From: a virus
Direction: 5' to 3' (one strand)
Length of the DNA: 20,217 nucleotides
Virus genome (UHGV): UHGV-1888586
A program made the position numbers and the translations under genes. Position 1 is the stretch's first letter. Every line of letters begins with the position of its first letter. Of this stretch, positions 1 to 5,911 are shown one piece after another. The notes under the pieces were generated by a model, which saw nothing but the letters and a program-made list of their open reading frames with translations, was not told the origin of the DNA and ran no database searches.

Positions 1-61
1 AGAAAAATGATAAAAACCCGGCATAAATGGCGAGGGTTTAAGCAATCGAGCGGCAGCGTAC

Positions 62-90
62 TTACCCCGCAGTCCATTAGCGGGTATGCT
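62..90 (+). promoter_or_regulatory. Candidate sigma70 promoter for argW
   Basis: TTACCC (62-67), 17-bp spacer, TATGCT (85-90), then a GC-rich discriminator (catgccgc) just before the tRNA 5' end at 102. Hexamer matches are read by eye. Confidence 0.35.
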
Positions 91-101
91 CATGCCGCAT
101 T

Positions 102-176
102 GTCCTCTTAGTTAAATGGATATAACGAGCCCCTCCTAAGGGCTAATTGCAGGTTCGATTCCTGCAGGGGACACCA
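102..176 (+). tRNA. argW: tRNA-Arg, anticodon CCU; prophage integration target
   Basis: 75-nt sequence GTCCTCTTAGTTAAATGGATATAACGAGCCCCTCCTAAGGGCTAATTGCAGGTTCGATTCCTGCAGGGGACACCA folds as a cloverleaf: 7-bp acceptor stem with one G-U pair, anticodon loop CTCCTAA giving CCU, T-arm GGTTCGATTCC, encoded CCA end. A P4-type integrase lies directly downstream. Confidence 0.93.
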
Positions 177-271
177 TTTATCAGTTCGCTCCCATCCGTA
201 CCAGTTCGCAAAATCCCCTGAATATCAAGCATTCCGTAGATTCACAGTTCGTCATGGTTCGCTTCAGATCG

Positions 272-301
272 TTGACAGCCGCACTCCATGACGGGTAAAA
301 A
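272..301 (+). promoter_or_regulatory. Candidate integrase promoter
   Basis: Perfect -35 TTGACA at 272-277, 18-bp spacer, weak -10 TAAAAA at 296-301, about 35 nt upstream of the int ATG. Confidence 0.3.
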
Positions 302-337
302 GTGGATAAAATAATTTTACCCACCGGATTTTTACCC

Positions 338-1492
338 ATGCTCACCGTTAAGCAGATTGAAGCAGCAAAGCCGAAAGAAAAACCATACCGCCTTCTCGAT
401 GGTAATGGCCTGTACCTTTATGTCCCTGTATCCGGGAAAAAGGTATGGCAGCTTCGCTACAAGATTGACGGTAAGGAGAAAATCCTGACAGTCGGAAAAT
501 ATCCGCTTATGACTTTGCAGGAGGCAAGGGATAAAGCATGGACTGCGAGGAAAGACATCTCGGTTGGCATCGATCCGGTAAAGGCGAAAAAGGCTTCGTC
601 TAACAACAATTCATTTAGTGCGATTTACAAGGAATGGTACGAGCACAAGAAGCAAGTCTGGTCAGTAGGCTATGCAACTGAACTTGCAAAAATGTTTGAT
701 GACGACATTTTACCCATCATCGGCGGCCTTGAAATTCAGGATATTGAGCCGATGCAACTTCTTGAAGTAATCCGCAGATTTGAAGATCGCGGTGCAATGG
801 AGCGAGCCAACAAAGCCCGCAGAAGATGCGGCGAGGTTTTCCGTTACGCTATTGTCACCGGCAGGGCTAAATATAACCCGGCACCTGACCTTGCTGACGC
901 CATGAAGGGATACCGCAAGAAGAACTTCCCGTTTCTTCCTGCAGACCAGATCCCGGCATTCAACAAAGCACTGGCAACATTTTCAGGAAGCATCGTATCG
1001 CTCATTGCGACCAAAGTTTTACGCTACACAGCCCTAAGAACGAAAGAGCTTCGTTCCATGCTATGGAAGAACGTCGATTTTGAAAACAGGATTATCACCA
1101 TCGACGCCAGTGTGATGAAGGGACGCAAAATTCATGTTGTCCCGATGTCAGACCAGGTGGTTGAACTTCTCACTACACTAAGCTCAATCACTAAACCAGT
1201 ATCAGAGTTTGTTTTTGCCGGGCGCAACGATAAGAAGAAGCCAATCTGCGAGAACGCGGTGCTACTTGTGATCAAACAAATCGGCTATGAGGGTCTGGAA
1301 AGCGGTCACGGATTCAGGCATGAATTCAGCACGATTATGAACGAGCACGAATGGCCTGCTGACGCTATTGAGGTGCAACTGGCACATGCCAATGGCGGAT
1401 CTGTGCGCGGGATTTACAACCATGCTCAGTATCTCGATAAGCGCAGAGAAATGATGCAATGGTGGTCGGACTGGATTGATGAAAAGGTGTAG
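338..1492 (+). CDS. intS: P4-family tyrosine integrase with arm-type N-terminal DNA-binding domain
   Basis: 384 aa from the ATG at 338; the track ORF begins at a GTG at 302. The N-terminus MLTVKQIEAAKP...GLYLYV...W..RY is typical of P4/CP4-57-type integrases, and the C-terminal catalytic region has the R...H..R...Y signature context (HGFRHEF...RGIYNHAQY). The symbol is given from memory of the argW-adjacent CPS-53 integrase of E. coli K-12 and is not verified. Confidence 0.88.
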   Translation: MLTVKQIEAAKPKEKPYRLLDGNGLYLYVPVSGKKVWQLRYKIDGKEKILTVGKYPLMTLQEARDKAWTARKDISVGIDPVKAKKASSNNNSFSAIYKEWYEHKKQVWSVGYATELAKMFDDDILPIIGGLEIQDIEPMQLLEVIRRFEDRGAMERANKARRRCGEVFRYAIVTGRAKYNPAPDLADAMKGYRKKNFPFLPADQIPAFNKALATFSGSIVSLIATKVLRYTALRTKELRSMLWKNVDFENRIITIDASVMKGRKIHVVPMSDQVVELLTTLSSITKPVSEFVFAGRNDKKKPICENAVLLVIKQIGYEGLESGHGFRHEFSTIMNEHEWPADAIEVQLAHANGGSVRGIYNHAQYLDKRREMMQWWSDWIDEKV

Positions 1493-1521
1493 CAACCAAC
1501 ATTGCTATATCTCAGATAGCA

Positions 1522-1570
1522 CAAAGCCTTGCAATCCAGTGCAAAGCTTTGTGTGTCTCAGTTTTGTTTC
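1522..1570 (+). terminator. Candidate intrinsic terminator downstream of int
   Basis: Hairpin CAAAGCcTTGCA / TGCAAaGCTTTG (1522-1533 with 1540-1551, one mismatch, 6-nt loop) followed by the T-rich stretch gtgtgtctcagttttgtttc. The U-tract is not immediately adjacent to the stem, so confidence is moderate. Confidence 0.35.
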
Positions 1571-1674
1571 ATCGGTAACAGCACGCCATAGATAGAATGC
1601 TGACTTGCTTGATGTGTCTGCGGATCGCGATCCTTCAGTGCCCACTTAGTAGACAAGCGTTTGCAATCTTAGTG

Positions 1675-1702
1675 TTCAAACAAAGACAATATGTGGTATT
1701 GT
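1675..1702 (+). promoter_or_regulatory. Candidate promoter for the acetyltransferase moron (extended -10)
   Basis: TTCAAA (1675-1680), 16-bp spacer, TGgTATTGT (1694-1702). An alternative is TTTACA (1739-1744) with TATAGG (1762-1767). Both sit in the AT-rich spacer upstream of the ATG at 1775. Confidence 0.3.
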
Positions 1703-1774
1703 ACCAATTGCAGTTTTATCTATTAACATGAAGCTATATTTACAAGAATTTAGTAATTATCTATAGGTATAACA

Positions 1775-2419
1775 ATGAATTTTCCGGGCCCAGCATCAAC
1801 TGCTTCTTATTTAAGATCTAATTACAGCAGAGATTTCTTGACTATTCAGTGTGGTGAATACACATACGGAAAACCAAGAATTGAGATTGGGATGCATGAC
1901 GACAAGCGAATTCTTTCAATTGGTGAATATTGCTCTATAGCTTTCGACGTTGTGATTTTTGTTGGAAGACAAGGTCGTCATGCGACAAATACATTAACAA
2001 GTTACCCGCTAAATATGGTTGTAGATCCTGAGTTAAGAAATGGATTTAACCCTACAGGACATATATGGCAGGCGAGCTCTGACATATTTGGGAAAGATCT
2101 TGATGTTATCATAGGGCATGATGTATGGATTGGTTCTAGATGTACAATTTTAGCAGGGGTTAATATTGGAACTGGTGCCATCATTGCCGCAGGTTCTGTT
2201 GTTACTAAAGATGTACCGCCATATGCAATTGTAGGAGGAGTACCAGCTAAGGTTATTAGATACAGACATCCTCCAGAAATAATTGATAGATTATTAAAGA
2301 CTGAATGGTGGAAGTTAAAACCTAATGAGCTGTGGAATTTGATTGGTTCATCTTTCGGGACGTCTAATATTGAAATCCCATTAAAAATATTAGAAAACAG
2401 AAGCGCTTCAGAAAAATAA
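1775..2419 (+). CDS. Hexapeptide-repeat acetyltransferase of the XAT (CatB/Vat-like) family; prophage moron
   Basis: 214 aa. Putative catalytic His in GRQGRHATNTLTSYPL (compare the CatB/Vat NH..DG.T.YPF motif), left-handed beta-helix hexapeptide repeats (IGHDVWIGSRCTILAGVNIGTGAIIAAGSVVTKDVPPYAIVGGVPAKVIRYR), and the XAT-type C-terminal tail (EIIDRLLKTEWWKLKP). The gene is clearly more AT-rich than the flanking int and virion genes. Confidence 0.8.
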   Translation: MNFPGPASTASYLRSNYSRDFLTIQCGEYTYGKPRIEIGMHDDKRILSIGEYCSIAFDVVIFVGRQGRHATNTLTSYPLNMVVDPELRNGFNPTGHIWQASSDIFGKDLDVIIGHDVWIGSRCTILAGVNIGTGAIIAAGSVVTKDVPPYAIVGGVPAKVIRYRHPPEIIDRLLKTEWWKLKPNELWNLIGSSFGTSNIEIPLKILENRSASEK

Positions 2420-2433
2420 AATAATATTTATTA

Positions 2434-2463
2434 AGGCCATGCTCCCCACTGAAAGCATGGCCT
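2434..2463. terminator. Bidirectional hairpin terminator between the convergent acetyltransferase and tailspike genes
   Basis: aGGCCATGCT (2434-2443), loop ccccactgaa, AGCATGGCCt (2454-2463); perfect GC-rich stem flanked by A/T-rich sequence on both sides (aataatatttatta upstream, attgtattaaatattta downstream). Confidence 0.6.
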
Positions 2464-2513
2464 ATTGTATTAAATATTTATACCTTTGATAATTTTTACT
2501 TTATTAAAGCATG

Positions 2514-4877
2514 TTATATATTTTCTCTCATTTCTATCATTTCAATTCTAGATAATGCTTTTTGGTAATTCCTGCGTTGTAATGCAGCTTCAAGGACTAA
2601 AGCCTCTTCATAACGAATACCATAACGTGAGCCTGCCGGAGTGACCAGAATATCTTCATATTCTGGATCTGCCTCTTCTTCATACTCTTCTTCTACTTCT
2701 TGAAACTCTGTCTCGATGTACTCCTCTTCTACATCTTCAACTACAGGAACGCTTACGAATGGATTTTGCGCAAAAGGTGAACCATCTTCATTAAGAACAG
2801 GTATCATTTCCATTTTTGGAGTCTGATACTCTTCATTCACTACTCGTTTAATCCGTGTTCCGTCTTCCAGTACCTCATCCTTTAATATCTGACGACTCTC
2901 AGTAACCATCACTGGTTTGCTTACAATTCGAGTTTTAGTAACCTGCACTGGAACTGTTGTTATGCGAGTTTTAGTAACCATTACACCTTCGTTTGTCTGA
3001 ACCTTAGTATATTGATCATCCCACTCGTCAAAGCAAAAGAATCCAAATCGGTGCACATCAAGCCCATGACGTTCAAACGCCTCCTTTGCACGTTGAGCTA
3101 TTACGCCAAAATGCCAACGAGCTCCGTCTTCTCCTTTTTCTTCTGTTCTGTCAAGATACTGAAATTGAACGAAGTCAACCTCTGACCATGCGTCAAGTAT
3201 TGTATCAGTGATTTCAAGAGGTGCAGTTTTAGCTCGCTCATCTGAAGTAACGGTAAAGGCTGTTTGAGTGAATCCACCAGACCATGGAAGTGTGCTTATT
3301 CCACAACTAAATGCATTTCCCGTTGCAGGATGCAGGTTTTTGTTTACTTGAATAGTCCCAGATCCTGATGCCTCCAGTCTAACAGAACAATTAGAAACAC
3401 CCTCGGTAGCAATTCTAACTACTGGAGATGAATCACTTGCGGTATATAACCTGAAAGAACCTTTATCACCATCGGAATAGGTAATTCTAAGCATTCTAAA
3501 TCCATTACCATCAACATCAAAAGCCCTATTCCTTAAATGGACGCCTGTTCTTTGCGTTGTGTCTGTAACCTTAGAATTTATGTAGCTTAACGTTTGTCCC
3601 TGACCATTTTCCCAACCGATTCTATATGAATTCCTCAATAACAAGGCCTTCATATAAGTTTCCACACCTTCTTCTGATGAGAATTGCCTTAGAACACTTA
3701 ATGGGAATGTTATCCCTGCCCCCCATTTTGCACCATTAGAGCTAATACTCAGCGCTTGAGTGCAGTCCTCTGTAAGACCATTGATTGTAGGATCAGCACC
3801 GGCAACTATCGATACTCCATTTGTTTTGCCTTTATTTATGGTTTCATGTACATCAACATATTCTCCATGATTGGCCACTGCAATCTCGGCACCCCATGTC
3901 GTTCCATTAGCACCAGACATTCGTTTTGCATCAAGATAAAGAGACCATACATTTGATGTAGAAACTGTTAAGTCATTTAATGCTGCGCCTACAATTCCAA
4001 TTGCCGCACCGCCCTGATTTATTTTATTGTGCGCTGCACCTGCTATACCAATTGTACCAAGAGATGCATAACTTATAAGAGTGGCATTATTTTCTATCCA
4101 TCCAAGATTTGGCTGCATTGTTCCGTTAGGGGCCATAATGTCCTTCTGACCAAGCCATGTGTTTTGTTCTCCGGATGCGTCCCGCTTACCAGAATAATCA
4201 TAGGCAGCATCACCAACAAATAATCTAGGATATCTTGCTGGGTTCACTGGCGCATCAGGTGATGACCAGACAGATCGACGCTTAAGCATCACGCATCCCG
4301 AACCAATAAATTTAGCCTCGTTATCTACAATAAAATTACCCTTATGGATAGAATTTAATAAGTACGTACCTGTAGGAACATAAACATCACCGGAAAACAA
4401 TGCAGCGGAAGCGAATGCGCCGTCCGAATCAACAACCCCTGTCGGGTCAGCACCTCCTGCAAAACCACTCCAAGTAACAGGCTTTGCTAATCCTCCGACA
4501 AATCCAGCTCCACCAGGACCCTCCAGTTCAGATCGCAGTTGATCAGGGTCATACTTCAGCACATTAGGAAAATAGAACTGCTGTGCACCATATGCATCGT
4601 ACACAGCCATGGAGTGGCCTTGCACAGTTACGAATTTGGCAATCTGTCCGTTATATACAGGGTAACCAGCGGCGTTAATGATGATTGGCTGTGCAACAGG
4701 AACGTGAGAGCCGTCTTCATTCTCCACATAAACCTGAATCTGGTTTTCAGGATTTACCGGGTCAGTGTCAATTTTACCGATATAAATTTTGCCATTAGCT
4801 ACGGCTTTAAAAGAACGCGCCATAGTGAAGAGTTGCGAAGGCATGCTTACCACAACATTTGCGGTGATATCTGACAT
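2514..4877 (-). CDS. Tailspike: P22-type N-terminal head-binding domain, divergent receptor-binding domain, C-terminal intramolecular chaperone (peptidase S74-like) domain
   Basis: 787 aa from the ATG at 4877 (GGAG 8 nt upstream); the track ORF extends 16 codons further to 4925. The first ~115 aa ([11 protein letters not shown]...[22 protein letters not shown]...[13 protein letters not shown]...NVLKYDPDQ) closely match the P22 gp9 head-binding domain. The C-terminal region has the S74 hallmark TSDERAKT followed by RWHFGVIAQ. Confidence 0.9.
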   Translation of the reverse strand: MSDITANVVVSMPSQLFTMARSFKAVANGKIYIGKIDTDPVNPENQIQVYVENEDGSHVPVAQPIIINAAGYPVYNGQIAKFVTVQGHSMAVYDAYGAQQFYFPNVLKYDPDQLRSELEGPGGAGFVGGLAKPVTWSGFAGGADPTGVVDSDGAFASAALFSGDVYVPTGTYLLNSIHKGNFIVDNEAKFIGSGCVMLKRRSVWSSPDAPVNPARYPRLFVGDAAYDYSGKRDASGEQNTWLGQKDIMAPNGTMQPNLGWIENNATLISYASLGTIGIAGAAHNKINQGGAAIGIVGAALNDLTVSTSNVWSLYLDAKRMSGANGTTWGAEIAVANHGEYVDVHETINKGKTNGVSIVAGADPTINGLTEDCTQALSISSNGAKWGAGITFPLSVLRQFSSEEGVETYMKALLLRNSYRIGWENGQGQTLSYINSKVTDTTQRTGVHLRNRAFDVDGNGFRMLRITYSDGDKGSFRLYTASDSSPVVRIATEGVSNCSVRLEASGSGTIQVNKNLHPATGNAFSCGISTLPWSGGFTQTAFTVTSDERAKTAPLEITDTILDAWSEVDFVQFQYLDRTEEKGEDGARWHFGVIAQRAKEAFERHGLDVHRFGFFCFDEWDDQYTKVQTNEGVMVTKTRITTVPVQVTKTRIVSKPVMVTESRQILKDEVLEDGTRIKRVVNEEYQTPKMEMIPVLNEDGSPFAQNPFVSVPVVEDVEEEYIETEFQEVEEEYEEEADPEYEDILVTPAGSRYGIRYEEALVLEAALQRRNYQKALSRIEMIEMRENI
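2517..3245 (-). other. Predicted autocleaved C-terminal chaperone domain of the tailspike; predicted scissile Ser codon at 3243-3245
   Basis: The SDERAK motif matches the SDxRxK Ser-Lys dyad motif of intramolecular chaperone domains in endosialidases and the T5 L-shaped fibre. The 243-aa region also contains 12-aa tandem repeats ([12 protein letters not shown] / [12 protein letters not shown]) and an acidic tract ([30 protein letters not shown]). Confidence 0.6.
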
Positions 4878-4902
4878 TTCATTGCTCCAGACGAATGATA
4901 TG

Positions 4903-4925
4903 ATGCAACCATGATGTGATTGCAT
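4903..4925. promoter_or_regulatory. Candidate operator palindrome in the mnt-tailspike divergent intergenic region
   Basis: ATGCAA-N11-TTGCAT inverted repeat within the 121-bp spacer between the divergently arranged tailspike ATG (4877) and mnt ATG (4999). The right half-site doubles as a possible -35 (TTGCAT) for mnt. Confidence 0.3.
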
Positions 4926-4998
4926 ACCGAAATGGTACTATTGAGTATTTATCCAGTAGGTTACGATGCCATTCCACCCAACTGGTGAGGCATCAAGG

Positions 4999-5265
4999 AT
5001 GTACAGCAAATACGATGAGGCGCAGTTTCACTTGAGACTTCCGCATGAACTCCACGCGAAAATTAAGCAGCGTGCGAAGATGAATAACAGATCGCTGAAC
5101 TCAGAGATAATTGCAGCGATTGAAGAATCGTTGGCTAAACAAAGCTCTGCATCCGTTTACATTGACGATGCAGAGCGTATGGCAGAACAACAATCTGATA
5201 TGGTTAAGAAAATGGTTTTTGAAACGCTTAAGACCATGTATAGCAATAATAAAAAGGAAACATAG
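4999..5265 (+). CDS. mnt: Mnt-like ribbon-helix-helix repressor (Arc/MetJ superfamily)
   Basis: 88 aa from the ATG at 4999; the track ORF starts at 4966. Clear similarity to P22 Mnt over the whole length: QFHLRLPHELHAKIKQRAKMNNRSLNSEI versus P22 HFNFRMPMEVREKLKFRAEANGRSMNSEL, and C-terminal DAERMAEQQSDMVKKMVFETLK versus DAERLADEQSELVKKMVFDTLK. Confidence 0.85.
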   Translation: MYSKYDEAQFHLRLPHELHAKIKQRAKMNNRSLNSEIIAAIEESLAKQSSASVYIDDAERMAEQQSDMVKKMVFETLKTMYSNNKKET

Positions 5266-5335
5266 AAATCTAGTTTCCGGCTAAAATGGCATTGCCTTCA
5301 TGCTATCCTGTGAAAAACTAAGGAGAGTTAACCAT

Positions 5336-5821
5336 ATGAAAAAATTACTGTTAATTATCCCGCTTCTGCTGGTTGGATGCGCAAAAGTAAGTGACTATCA
5401 AGCAAGTTGCGAACAACGCTATCAAAAGCTTAGCGATATGGCTAATTGCCTTGATGCCAGTGTGAAGAACGACTCACGCATGGCATCAGCACCAACACCT
5501 AAGCTGTATGTCCTTGCTGCAAAGATGCTCGGGCAAGGTGTCGATGAAGGCAAGATAAGTGACGCACAGGCAAGACTTGAGCTTCAGAATCTTTATGTTC
5601 AATTACAAAGCCAAGAACAAGCCCAACAAATAGCACAAAGCCAAGCATTCCAGCAGGCTTTATTGAATTATCAGGCTGTAAACACAATGCAAGCGATCGA
5701 GCAAAAAGCGAGACAGCCTGTTATAACTCAACCCTATCCAACACGCGTTGACACTTACACAAACTGCAATTCAGGGTTTGGAAATACAGTCACATGCAAC
5801 AGTAGCAGTAACATAAGATAA
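5336..5821 (+). CDS. Prophage lipoprotein, unknown function, in the sieA-equivalent position
   Basis: 161 aa from the ATG at 5336 with AAGGAG upstream; the track ORF starts at 5300. Signal peptide MKKLLLIIPLLLVGC with lipobox LVGC, Ala at +2, a Gln-rich helical middle, and a Cys-containing C-terminus (TYTNCNSGFGNTVTCNSS). Confidence 0.75.
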   Translation: MKKLLLIIPLLLVGCAKVSDYQASCEQRYQKLSDMANCLDASVKNDSRMASAPTPKLYVLAAKMLGQGVDEGKISDAQARLELQNLYVQLQSQEQAQQIAQSQAFQQALLNYQAVNTMQAIEQKARQPVITQPYPTRVDTYTNCNSGFGNTVTCNSSSNIR

Positions 5822-5911
5822 CAATCAGCAAAGGTATCTCCTATGCAGAGTTGTACGATAACCCTCGCGTTCTACATATTTGGTTTTTGCACGTTCCTGG
5901 TGTTTGAAAAG

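Noticed and set aside
302-337. GTG start for the integrase at 302
   Set aside because: P4-family integrases typically begin M-x-LT-x-x-I, which matches the ATG at 338; the upstream 12 codons have no RBS and look like 5' UTR.
1262-1495. 77-aa minus-strand ORF inside the integrase gene
   Set aside because: Fully contained in int on the opposite strand; no independent support.
1597-1731. 44-codon plus-strand ORF in the int-acetyltransferase spacer
   Set aside because: No Shine-Dalgarno sequence and low-complexity hydrophobic translation; the region is better explained as terminator and promoter sequence.
1775-1900. Possible neuO-like phase-variable capsule O-acetyltransferase (CUS-3 type) with heptanucleotide repeats in the 5' coding region
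   Set aside because: No AAGACTC-type tandem heptanucleotide tract or any other simple repeat is visible at or upstream of the start. The gene is therefore reported only as an XAT-family acetyltransferase of unknown substrate.
2514-4877. Tailspike as a K1 endosialidase
   Set aside because: Only one partial Asp-box-like motif (SGANGTTW) is visible and I cannot align the central domain to a sialidase propeller by eye. The C-terminal chaperone domain alone does not define substrate, so specificity is left open.
4878-4925. N-terminal extension of the tailspike ORF ([16 protein letters not shown])
   Set aside because: The P22 tailspike N-terminus aligns from the internal Met ([11 protein letters not shown]), which has a GGAG at correct spacing; the extension runs into the divergent mnt promoter region.
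5822-5911. Terminator between the convergent lipoprotein and gene 16
   Set aside because: No convincing GC-rich hairpin followed by a T-tract could be found by eye. Late transcription must in any case pass through this region to reach the tailspike unless the tailspike has its own promoter.
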